Origin: Trueperaceae bacterium
Lineage (GTDB): Bacteria; Deinococcota; Deinococci; Deinococcales; Trueperaceae
Direction: 5' to 3'
Length of the DNA: 39,273 bases
Assembly: GCA_040905465.1 (NCBI GenBank)
Contig: JBBDRK010000046.1
Span: 72,924 to 112,196, forward strand
Shown here: positions 8,876-17,294 of the stretch, piece by piece
Layout of the letters: the number at the start of each line of letters is the position of its first letter
Position numbering within the stretch: the first letter of the stretch is position 1
Translations under genes and position numbers: made by a program
The notes under the pieces: generated by a model
Database searches by the model: none
What the model saw: the letters and a program-made list of their open reading frames with translations, nothing else
What the model was told of the DNA's origin: nothing

Positions 8876-10015
8876 CTAGCGCTCGCCCTCCCACGGACCG
8901 ACTACATTCTCGGCGGCCCATTGCATCGAAAGGAGATCCTCGAGGCTGGGGCGCTCGCCGCTGTCATAGATCAGGTTGCCCTGCCGGTCGCCGATCGGGC
9001 CCTGGAACGGATCGAACTCCACCGGAGCGACCGACATCTGCTCCAGGCGCCGGAAGACCAGGTCCCAGGTCGAGATCTCGCCGAACTCCGGGTGGTCCAC
9101 GACCTTCGACCTCAACTGCTCCTCGTAGACCGGGTTTATCGGCATGCCCGGCTCGGCTCCGAGCTCGACCGCGCCTTCCGCGAGCAGCCAGAAGTAGTCG
9201 AGGTCCTGGAGGTTCTCGTTGGTGTACTCACCCGCCAGCACGCCCTCGATGAAGTCGATCAGGATCGTGTCCCAGTGCACCAGCTGCCCCGAGACGACCG
9301 TGTCGGGCGAGAACTCGAGCATCGAAGCGTAGTGCGAGAACGACGGGTAGCCGTGGGCGCCGGCCGTCTGGATGACGGTAGGGGTGTCTTCGGTGAAAGC
9401 GAACACATCTGCGCCACCGGACATCAGCGCCTCGGTTGCTTCCTTGGCGCCCGCCGGGTCGAACCATGAAAAGAGCCAGCGCACCGCTACCGTCGCCTCC
9501 GGATTGACCTCCTGGGCTCCCACCGCGAACGCGTTGATGTGGCGCTTTACCTCGGGGATCGGGAACGCCGCGACATAGCCGATCTCGCCCGACTCGCTGA
9601 GAGCTCCGGCAATCAGGCCGTTTAGGTAGTAGACCTGATAGAAGTCAGCCATGAAGGTCATGACGTTGGAGGCGCGCTGCACCCCGGTGGCGTGCCCGAA
9701 TATGACGTCAGGGTAGCGCTCCGCCGCCGCCAGCACACCGTCGCCGTATCCGAACGACGTCGCCAGCACCACATCGGCGCCGTCAGCTACCAGTTGATCG
9801 ATGAACGGCTCCACCTCCGCCTCGGGCACCGACTCGACGAACACCGTCTCCACCTCGGGAACGGCCTGCTCCAGCGCCTGGCGGCCCAGATCGTGGGCGT
9901 ACGAGAAGCCGTAGTCGCCCACGGGTCCTACATATATGAACGCTACCTTGAGCGTGTCGCCTTGTGCGACAGCGAACCCCATGGACAGGGCTAGAACAAG
10001 GAACCACCTAATCAT
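8876..10015 (-). CDS. BMP-family ABC transporter substrate-binding protein (nucleoside/purine type)
   Basis: KVAFIYVGPVGDYGFSYAHDLGR, ATSFGY, PIPEVKRHINAF, SWFDP; signal peptide; AAGGAGG RBS. Confidence 0.92.
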   Translation of the reverse strand: MIRWFLVLALSMGFAVAQGDTLKVAFIYVGPVGDYGFSYAHDLGRQALEQAVPEVETVFVESVPEAEVEPFIDQLVADGADVVLATSFGYGDGVLAAAERYPDVIFGHATGVQRASNVMTFMADFYQVYYLNGLIAGALSESGEIGYVAAFPIPEVKRHINAFAVGAQEVNPEATVAVRWLFSWFDPAGAKEATEALMSGGADVFAFTEDTPTVIQTAGAHGYPSFSHYASMLEFSPDTVVSGQLVHWDTILIDFIEGVLAGEYTNENLQDLDYFWLLAEGAVELGAEPGMPINPVYEEQLRSKVVDHPEFGEISTWDLVFRRLEQMSVAPVEFDPFQGPIGDRQGNLIYDSGERPSLEDLLSMQWAAENVVGPWEGER

Positions 10016-10131
10016 GCCGAACCTCCTTAGTCGCGGACTCTCGGGACCGCATTAACCTTGCGAAGCCGCTTTCGCGGCGTGACGCCGAATCGAACCATCG
10101 ATGGTGACGAACTGCTTGGCGAGCGCTCGGG

Positions 10132-11058
10132 TCACCGTTCCCCTCGACTGTACGCTTCGCCCAGTGCTTCGGGGGCGCCGAACGCTCGCCTTCCGCGACC
10201 CAGGGCGGTCAGAATCAGCGCGAGGATGGTGAACACGTAAGGCAGGAGCGTCAGCAGCTCCGGCGGAAATCGATCCTGCAAGCGGAACGACAGTGTGAAC
10301 AGGGCGCCGAACAAGAGACCGGCACCGACCGCGCGAAGCGGGTCCCACAGGGCGAAGATGGCAAGCGCCAAGGCGATCCAGCCCATGCCGTTGGTCATCC
10401 CTTCACCCCAGGAGGGCCGGTACGCCAGGGACAGATATGCTCCGCCGATTCCTGCCATCAGCCCGCCGAACGAGACGGCGATGTAACGTACCAGCGCCAC
10501 GCTCACGCCGGCGGTGTCCGCGGCCGCCGGCGACTCGCCTACCGTTCTCAGGCTCAGACCCGGGCGTGTGTGATGGAGCACGAACCACAGCACCAGCGCC
10601 GTAACCAGCGCCAGGTAGGCGAGCAGGTACTGTCCGCTGAACAGCGCCGGGCCGAGCACCGGAACATCGGCGAGCAGCGGAAGATCCAGGGTCTTCATCG
10701 GCTTCACGAGCGGGCGGCCCACCCAGCTCCGGCCCACCAGCCCGGAAAGCCCGAGCCCGAAGATGGTGATGGCCAGTCCGGAGACGTACTGATTGGCCCT
10801 CAGGGTCACCGCGGCGAAGGCGTGGAACAGGCCGACCAGGCCGCCGGTGCCGGCGGCGGCCAGCAGGCCCAGCCAGGGGGAGCCGCTGCTCTGAGCGACG
10901 ATGAAGCCCGCGACGGCGCCGAGTATCATCATCCCTTCGACCCCCAGGTTCACCACCCCGGAGCGCTCGGCGAAGATCTCCCCCATCGCGGCCCAGATCA
11001 GCGGAGCGCTGAACGCCAGGGCGCGCGCTGTGGTGCCGGTGAGAAGCTCGATCTCCAT
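10132..11058 (-). CDS. Nucleoside/sugar ABC permease (NupC-like)
   Basis: ERSGVVNLGVEGMM, GESPAAADTAGV, GWIALAL, LPYVFT. Confidence 0.92.
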   Translation of the reverse strand: MEIELLTGTTARALAFSAPLIWAAMGEIFAERSGVVNLGVEGMMILGAVAGFIVAQSSGSPWLGLLAAAGTGGLVGLFHAFAAVTLRANQYVSGLAITIFGLGLSGLVGRSWVGRPLVKPMKTLDLPLLADVPVLGPALFSGQYLLAYLALVTALVLWFVLHHTRPGLSLRTVGESPAAADTAGVSVALVRYIAVSFGGLMAGIGGAYLSLAYRPSWGEGMTNGMGWIALALAIFALWDPLRAVGAGLLFGALFTLSFRLQDRFPPELLTLLPYVFTILALILTALGRGRRAFGAPEALGEAYSRGER

Positions 11059-12158
11059 CAGGCCCGAGCCCCGCCTTCAGCCCGGGCATCCGTACGCGCC
11101 CGCCTTCGAAGCCGGTAGCGGAGGAGCGGCTCGGAGCACACCAGGAAAAGGAGCACCAGGCCGTTGATGACGCTCGGCATCTGCGAGGGAAGCCGCAACG
11201 ACACCTTCATGATGTCTCCCGCGGCGAACACCGTGCCCAGGAACAGGGCGGTAGCTATGGCGGCCAGCGGATTTCCGCGCGCCAGCAGCGCCACGATGAT
11301 GGCGGTGTAACCGTAGCCGAGCGAGATGCTGTTCGGTTCTACCAGCCGGTGATGGATCCCGGCGACCTCGCCGACCCCGGCCAGGCCGGCCGCTCCCGCC
11401 GAAACGCAGACCAGCGCAACGGTGGTCCACAGGAAGTTCACGCCGGCGTAGCGGGCCGCTTCCGGGCTCTCGCCCATCATGCGGATCTCGAAGCCGAGCC
11501 TGGTCCGAAACAGCACGAACGCGATGAGCACCGCCAGCAAGAGCCCGATCAGCAGGGTCGGCCAGTGCAGCCTCGTGCTCCCCAATGTCGGCAGCCAGGC
11601 GTGCGCCGGAAAGCGGTCGCTGTAGGAAAAGCCGGTGACGCTCTGGCCGCGCCAGGGGCCGTTGATCAGCCAGCGCACGATGTAAAGAGCGACGTAGTTC
11701 AGCATCAGCGTGGTGATGATCTCGTTGACCCCGAGGCGCACCTTGAGGATGGCCGGCAGGAAGCCCCACGCCGCCCCGCCCAGGAACCCGGCCAGGAACA
11801 TCGCCGGCACCGCCAGGACGGCCGGTACCGGAACGAACAGTGCGACGCCCGAGGCGGCGACCGCGCCCGCCAGGATCTGTCCCTCGGCCCCAATGTTCCA
11901 GAAGCGGGCGCGAAAGGCCAGCACCAGCCCCACTCCGGCGAGCAGCAAGGGGATGCTCTTGCGGACGACCTCGCTGAAGCCGCGACCGTCCAGCATCGTC
12001 TTCCGGAAGATGGTGGCGTATGCCGCCAGGGGATCCACTCCGTGCAGCGCGAAGAGCAGGCCGGTGACCAGCAACGCCCCGGCGACCGCCCCGATCGAAA
12101 CCCCCAGCACCAGCCAGGGCGAGGGATCGGGATTGCGCTGGAAACGTAGGCCTAGCAC
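11058..12158 (-). CDS. Nucleoside/sugar ABC permease (NupB-like)
   Basis: WNIGAEGQ, VNEIITTLMLNY, GYGYTAIIVALLARGNP. Confidence 0.92.
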   Translation of the reverse strand: MLGLRFQRNPDPSPWLVLGVSIGAVAGALLVTGLLFALHGVDPLAAYATIFRKTMLDGRGFSEVVRKSIPLLLAGVGLVLAFRARFWNIGAEGQILAGAVAASGVALFVPVPAVLAVPAMFLAGFLGGAAWGFLPAILKVRLGVNEIITTLMLNYVALYIVRWLINGPWRGQSVTGFSYSDRFPAHAWLPTLGSTRLHWPTLLIGLLLAVLIAFVLFRTRLGFEIRMMGESPEAARYAGVNFLWTTVALVCVSAGAAGLAGVGEVAGIHHRLVEPNSISLGYGYTAIIVALLARGNPLAAIATALFLGTVFAAGDIMKVSLRLPSQMPSVINGLVLLFLVCSEPLLRYRLRRRARTDARAEGGARA

Positions 12159-12207
12159 GTAGAACGGTTCCTCTTGCAGGAAGTTCGCGAGTCGCAGTCT
12201 CCCGGGC

Positions 12208-13767
12208 TCACGCCACCGCTCCCTGCGGCTCCCGCGTCGAACCCGCCATCAGCAGACCCAGTCGCTCCCGGTCGGCGGCAGACGCCGAGACGATGCCGGC
12301 TACCCGGCCCTGAGCCATCACCAGGATTCGGTCCGCGAGTTGCAGGAGCTCGTCGAGGTCTTCGGAAACCAGCAGAACCGCGGCGCCGCGCTCGCGTTGC
12401 CGCAGCAGCAGGTCGTGGGTGAGCGCCGTGGCACCGACATCGAGACCGTAGGTCGGATGCGCTGCAACCACCAGGCGCGGCTCCCCCGACAGCTCGCGGG
12501 CGAGGATCAGCTTCTGAACGTTGCCGCCTGAAAGCAGCCGGGCACGAGTTGCCTGGCTGGGCGTCGCTATCTCATACTGGTCGATTGAACGCTTGGCGAA
12601 TCCGGCTACCGCCTTCCAGTCGATCAACCCCCGGCGGGCGTACGGCGCCCTGCGGTACTGCCGCAATACCAGGTTCTCGGCAACCGACATCGCCGGCACC
12701 GTTCCCATCCGATTGCGGTCTTCGGGTATCAGCGCCACGCCGTTCTCGAGCAGTGCCCTCACGCCGAGCTCGGTGACGTCGCGGCCGAGGATACTGAAAC
12801 GGCCGCTGTCCGGGCGACGGAGGCCGGAGACCACCTCGACCAGCTCCGCTTGGCCGTTGCCGGCCACGCCGGCCACGCCCAGGATCTCCCCCGCCCTGAT
12901 GTCGAAGTCGACTCCGCGCAAAGCCGGCAGGCCCCGGTGATTGCGCGCCCACACGTTCTCGAGTCGAGCCACTGGTGCGGTGCCGGGGGGCGCCTCCTTG
13001 ATTCGAGGCGGGTTGAAGTCGCCGACCATCAGCCGGGCCAAGTCCGCCGGGGAGGCGTCCTCGGCGGACAGCCGTCCCACCACCGCACCCTTGCGCAGCA
13101 CAGTGATCCTGTCTGCCACACGCATGACTTCGTCCAGTTTGTGGCTGATGAAGATGACACCCTTCCCTTCGGAGGTCATCTGCTCGAGCACCCCGAAGAG
13201 CCGCTCCGCCTCCTGCGGCGTGAGCACGCTGGTCGGCTCATCGAGAATCAGCAGACGCGCCCCCTGGAGCAACGCCTTCACGATCTCGACCCGTTGCTGC
13301 TCACCCGGAGAGAGCTGCCAGACCCGAGCGGTCGGATCGACCTCCAGGCCGTAGTGCGAGGCGAGCTCCGCGATGCGCCGCTCGAGCCGACGGGTCGGCC
13401 GAAGGAAGGGCGTGTCGGCGAGCCCCAGCGCGATATTCTCCGCCACCGTGTGCCGCCGGGCCAGATGGAAGTGTTGGGCCACCAGCCCCACCCCTTGCGC
13501 CATCGCGTGACGTGGGTTCAGGAGCCGAACCGCCTTGCCGTCGATTACTATCTCTCCGGCGTCGGGCTGCTGCAGGCCGTAGAGGATGCTTATCAGGGTG
13601 GTCTTGCCGGCACCGTTTTCACCGAGTAGGGCGTGCACTTCACCCGGCAGCACGTCGAAGCCGACGTCGTCGTTGGCAACCACGCCGGGGAAGCGCTTAT
13701 CGATGCCACGCATGCTGAGGATCGGAATTTCGCGGGGTGCCGAGGGTCTCTCGGAGGCCTCAACCAC
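12208..13767 (-). CDS. Nucleoside/sugar ABC ATP-binding protein with two ABC domains (NupA-like)
   Basis: GENGAGKT, ILDEPT, ISHKLDEV, LSGGNVQK. GTG 13767 chosen as start because TATAGT lies 7 nt upstream (ORF track starts at 13863). Confidence 0.92.
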   Translation of the reverse strand: MVEASERPSAPREIPILSMRGIDKRFPGVVANDDVGFDVLPGEVHALLGENGAGKTTLISILYGLQQPDAGEIVIDGKAVRLLNPRHAMAQGVGLVAQHFHLARRHTVAENIALGLADTPFLRPTRRLERRIAELASHYGLEVDPTARVWQLSPGEQQRVEIVKALLQGARLLILDEPTSVLTPQEAERLFGVLEQMTSEGKGVIFISHKLDEVMRVADRITVLRKGAVVGRLSAEDASPADLARLMVGDFNPPRIKEAPPGTAPVARLENVWARNHRGLPALRGVDFDIRAGEILGVAGVAGNGQAELVEVVSGLRRPDSGRFSILGRDVTELGVRALLENGVALIPEDRNRMGTVPAMSVAENLVLRQYRRAPYARRGLIDWKAVAGFAKRSIDQYEIATPSQATRARLLSGGNVQKLILARELSGEPRLVVAAHPTYGLDVGATALTHDLLLRQRERGAAVLLVSEDLDELLQLADRILVMAQGRVAGIVSASAADRERLGLLMAGSTREPQGAVA

Positions 13768-13925
13768 TTCGCCAACTATAGCCCGCTCCTCGCCCACGCG
13801 CAACAGAGAGGCGCCTTCCGCAGTACGCGGTCCTGGCCGCGTATTACGCCTCCCACACGGCACTGTCGACTAAAACTGTCCGATCTTGTAAGAAATGCGT
13901 AAGTGCCGGCCCGCTAACTTCAGGC

Positions 13926-14438
13926 ATGCCGGAGCCGGTCGGATGTAGGACGATCCTAGTTGCCGATGACAGCGTAGGCCACCTGAGAGTGGTGGAGATG
14001 CTGCTTTCGGCCCACAATTACGACGTGGTGGCGGTCGCCGACGGCCACGAGGCGCTCACCTACCTCCACGCGAACACCCCGCATATCGCGATCCTCGACG
14101 TGAACATGCCGTTCATGACCGGTATCGACCTGTGCGGGCGGGTAAAGCGCATCGCACGCTTGCGGGCGCTGCCTGTGATCATCATGACCTCGCTGGTTGA
14201 CGATGCCACGATCGCGGGCGCCGAAGCGGCAGGCGCCGACCTGCTCATCCACAAGCCGCTCGCCGGGCAGAGCGTTCCCCAGATGATAAAGGAGGCGTCC
14301 GCGGCGGCTGTGTTGCGGCTGGCCAACGCCGAGGGCGGTTCTCGGCTCCCGGCTCGCCGAGCCGGCGGCGCCGAGCAGAGCTCGCTGAGCGCCGATCACG
14401 CCAGCGGAGACTCCACCTCGTCTTCCTCGCTGCTGTAA
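13926..14438 (+). CDS. Stand-alone response regulator (receiver domain only)
   Basis: ILVADDS, ILDVNMP (phospho-Asp), IMTS, HKP; low-complexity C-tail overlaps the nfuA 3' end. Confidence 0.85.
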   Translation: MPEPVGCRTILVADDSVGHLRVVEMLLSAHNYDVVAVADGHEALTYLHANTPHIAILDVNMPFMTGIDLCGRVKRIARLRALPVIIMTSLVDDATIAGAEAAGADLLIHKPLAGQSVPQMIKEASAAAVLRLANAEGGSRLPARRAGGAEQSSLSADHASGDSTSSSSLL

Positions 14439-14980
14439 TACGGATTGGTGCCACTGGCGTGGTCGGTTACGTCGGCGACGCGCTCGATCTCCGGAACCTG
14501 TTCGCAGATCATTCGTTCGATGCCGTGCCGCAAGGTGACGTCGGCGGCGCCGCAGCCCTGACAGCCGCCGCCCAGCGAGATGTAGGCCACCTTTCCCTCG
14601 ACCCGCTCGAGCGATACGGTACCGCCATGGCCGGCGACGCCAGGATTGACCTGGTGGTCCAGCACATCCTGCACCCTCTGTGCCAGTGGATCGTCCCATT
14701 TGGGGCTGGGGTAGAACACCCTGAACCCGCTCTGCATCACCCCGTCGACGAAATCTACCTTTGCGCCTTCGAGGTTCGCCAGCGAGAGGGGGTCGAGGTA
14801 GACCTCGAATCCGCCGCCGTCTACCACGCTGTCGTCGCTTCGGCGGTCGTCCGGCTTGACGAGCCACAACTTCTGCTCGGCGCGGTTACCGGCAACACGT
14901 AACGCGGCCACGCCCTGATCTTTCTGTAGTTGAAGGAAGTGGAGGACTCGCTCTTTCGCGGTGTCTGTAAAGCTCAACAT
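14396..14980 (-). CDS. nfuA: Fe-S carrier NfuA (degenerate A-type domain + NifU-C domain)
   Basis: N-terminal IscA-like region without Cys; VNPGVAGHGG, GGGCQGC, TLRHGIE, DVTDHASGTNPYY. Confidence 0.85.
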   Translation of the reverse strand: MLSFTDTAKERVLHFLQLQKDQGVAALRVAGNRAEQKLWLVKPDDRRSDDSVVDGGGFEVYLDPLSLANLEGAKVDFVDGVMQSGFRVFYPSPKWDDPLAQRVQDVLDHQVNPGVAGHGGTVSLERVEGKVAYISLGGGCQGCGAADVTLRHGIERMICEQVPEIERVADVTDHASGTNPYYSSEEDEVESPLA

Positions 14981-15051
14981 TATGGGTCAGTATAGGGGCG
15001 CGAGACGCCGAGACACGACCTCCGACTTACGTTCCGCGCCTGCAACGAACG

Positions 15052-15081
15052 CCGGCCGCCATCTCGGGAGATGGCGGCCGG
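15052..15081 (-). terminator. GC hairpin downstream of the Crp-family gene
   Basis: CCGGCCGCCATCT-cggg-AGATGGCGGCCGG, 13-bp perfect stem; weak U-tract. Confidence 0.65.
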
Positions 15082-15118
15082 GTCATGGCGGTGGGCCTGT
15101 TGCCAGGGCCCGAAGGCG

Positions 15119-15799
15119 CTAGAGAACCTGCATCACGTAGTGGTCGGTTGCCTGCTCGAGCCCCTCGGGATCGGCGACGTACACGCCTCTGGTACCGGAG
15201 AGAGCCCCTTCGTTGCGCAACTCGCCCAGGATCCTGGTGATCGTCACGCGCGAGGAGCCGGTCAGGTCGGCGAGATCCTCGTGGGTGAGGGCGAGTGGCA
15301 GCTTGATGCCGCTCACGTCGTCGGCTACCTGGCCGAACCGGTGGGCGAGGCGCAGGAAGGCGCGGGTGACTCGGGCGCCTACCGGCAGCTCGGCCTCATC
15401 GATCATTTCGCGGCTGCGGCGTACCTGGCGAGCCATCGACTGCATGATGTAGTCGCGCAGCTTGCGGTCGTTCATCGCCTGACCGGGATCGATCGGGGTG
15501 AGGCAGGCGTCGTGGACGGCGATGACCGTTTCCGCGTGCTGTCCGCCGTCGAGGGCGGCCAAGCCGAGCACGTCTCCGGGCCCGTAGAGGTCGGCGATCC
15601 GGTCACGGCCCAGTGAGGTCGGTACGACGGCCTTGAGCACACCGTAATTCACGACGTAGAGCGAGGATGCCTCGCGACCCGCCTCGTAGAGCAGACTGCC
15701 TGGCTCGATGGTCCGCGTGGGCAGAGCCAGCTCGTTCGGAACGATGTCCGGGACGTCGCAGCTTTCCGGCCTGCGCAGCGTCTCAAAAGTATTCAACAT
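15119..15799 (-). CDS. Crp/Fnr-family transcriptional regulator
   Basis: cNMP-like beta-barrel (LYVVNYGVLK..GPGDVLG) and HTH LTHEDLADLTGSSRVTITRILGELRNEG; no FNR Cys cluster. Confidence 0.92.
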   Translation of the reverse strand: MLNTFETLRRPESCDVPDIVPNELALPTRTIEPGSLLYEAGREASSLYVVNYGVLKAVVPTSLGRDRIADLYGPGDVLGLAALDGGQHAETVIAVHDACLTPIDPGQAMNDRKLRDYIMQSMARQVRRSREMIDEAELPVGARVTRAFLRLAHRFGQVADDVSGIKLPLALTHEDLADLTGSSRVTITRILGELRNEGALSGTRGVYVADPEGLEQATDHYVMQVL

Positions 15800-15903
15800 A
15801 GCACTATCCTTTCGGCTACCTGTCTCTCGACTTGTGGTTGGACTGCCCCATCTGGGTTACCAGCGCGCAACAAAGCACGCGAAGAGTCGAAACAACTACA
15901 GAT

Positions 15904-15932
15904 AATATAGCAGACGGCTTTCGGCTTGTCTA
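15904..15932 (-). promoter_or_regulatory. sigma70-type promoter of the Crp-family gene
   Basis: Minus strand TAGACA, 17-nt spacer, TGc-TATATT. Confidence 0.7.
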
Positions 15933-16041
15933 GAGGGTTTCCCGTGTGCAGAACATCTGTTCTCATAGTATTCACAGAAACTTGCGAGCGCGCCGCGCGC
16001 TGATTCGAAAGGTTCGCCAGGTACCGCCAAGTCGCCATCGG

Positions 16042-16070
16042 TTGACACACCTCCCCGATTACCTTAGGAT
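16042..16070 (+). promoter_or_regulatory. sigma70-type promoter of lexA
   Basis: TTGACA (16042-16047), 17-nt spacer, TAGGAT (16065-16070), 12 nt before ATG. Confidence 0.78.
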
Positions 16071-16078
16071 TTAAGGTA
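16060..16078. promoter_or_regulatory. Perfect palindrome TACCTTA-N5-TAAGGTA overlapping the lexA -10; putative autoregulatory operator
   Basis: Palindrome read directly; the operator role is inferred from position. Confidence 0.6.
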
Positions 16079-16082
16079 GCAC

Positions 16083-16703
16083 ATGGACCCACTTTCTGCA
16101 ATGCAACGCAAGGTATACGACAGGCTTACCGAAAACCTCCGTCGGCAGGGCCAGTCACCGGAACTGTCCCTGCTGGCCCGGGAGCTTGGAATGCACTACG
16201 TGTCGCTCAAACAACATCTCGAAGCACTCGACCGCAAGGGCTACATCTCGTTCGAGAGTCGCGGCCGCGGGCGCTCACCACAGCTGACCCTTCCCGCCCA
16301 GGCCACCGGCGTACCGGTGCTCGGTGACGTTCCGGCCGGCCCGTTGAGCGATGCGGTGGCTCACGCCGAAGCCTATCTGCCGCTGGCCGGACTCAGCCGC
16401 GCCAAGTTCGCGCTTCGCGTTCACGGCGACTCGATGGCCGACCTCATCCAAAACGGTGACGTCGTGGTGTTCGAGAAACGCCAGCCTTACCGCTCCGGCG
16501 AGATATGTGCAGTGCGGCTGGGCGAAAACGACGTCACGCTGAAATATCTGGACGATCTGGGCTCCGGCCGCTACGCCTTGAGACCGCACAACAAAGACTA
16601 CCCGGTGCTCGAGGCAGGGGCCGACGAACTGGCGGTAGAAGGGGTGTACCTGGGGTTATTGCGCGGCGAGGTGCTGGACGCTCTGTTGGACCAGGCCGAT
16701 TAG
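16083..16703 (+). CDS. lexA: LexA-family repressor (wHTH + S24 peptidase)
   Basis: wHTH (KQHLEALDRKGYI), Ala-Gly cleavage site GDVPAG, catalytic Ser GDSM, catalytic Lys VTLK, LRPHNKDY. Confidence 0.88.
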   Translation: MDPLSAMQRKVYDRLTENLRRQGQSPELSLLARELGMHYVSLKQHLEALDRKGYISFESRGRGRSPQLTLPAQATGVPVLGDVPAGPLSDAVAHAEAYLPLAGLSRAKFALRVHGDSMADLIQNGDVVVFEKRQPYRSGEICAVRLGENDVTLKYLDDLGSGRYALRPHNKDYPVLEAGADELAVEGVYLGLLRGEVLDALLDQAD

Positions 16704-16778
16704 CTCCGCTTCGCCACTGAAGCCTACTGCCGAAGCACAGGAGGAGCGATATCGCGCATCCGTGATATATTGCCGGAG

Positions 16779-17294
16779 ATGATAGCACCGGGGGGCATAA
16801 TAAGGCGCGCCCGAGAAGGCGCCCGTATGACGCAGGCAGTACTCGCCGAGCGAGCCGGTACTCGGCAGAGCGCCATCAGCGCCTACGAGACCGGAAGGCG
16901 TGACCCGACTGTCACCATGCTGGAACGACTCCTGAACGCCACCGGGCATGAACTGACGCTCGGCGCCGTTCCCAAGGGGGGCAGCTCTCCTTCGCTGCCC
17001 AATACGCCCCTGGGTCGGCGCCTGGACGGCCATAGGGCGGCGATTCGAGCCGTCGTGGCGACGCACGGAGGGCGTGGCGCGTTCCTCTTCGGCAGCGTCG
17101 CCCGAGGCGACGACGACAGAGAAAGCGACATCGATCTCCTGGTCGACCTGCCGGAGCGAAGCGGAATCTTGACCATCGGCGCTATCGCCCGCGACGTGGA
17201 GCGGCTTCTCGGCGTGGACGTGGACATCGTCCCTTTTACGGCCCTCGAACCCGAAACCCTCCAGCGGATTATCTCCGATGCGATAGAACTGTGA
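16779..17294 (+). CDS. Xre-HTH + minimal nucleotidyltransferase (MNT) antitoxin
   Basis: HTH MTQAVLAERAGTRQSAISAYETG; GS-x10-DxD motif (GSVARGDDDRESDID); ATG 16779 lies 7 nt after TGa-TATATT. Confidence 0.88.
   Translation: MIAPGGIIRRAREGARMTQAVLAERAGTRQSAISAYETGRRDPTVTMLERLLNATGHELTLGAVPKGGSSPSLPNTPLGRRLDGHRAAIRAVVATHGGRGAFLFGSVARGDDDRESDIDLLVDLPERSGILTIGAIARDVERLLGVDVDIVPFTALEPETLQRIISDAIEL

Noticed and set aside
15119-15799. Naming the regulator fnr, crp or ddrI
   Set aside because: No FNR Cys motif, and the recognition helix reads RVT rather than RET; orthology cannot be assigned by eye.
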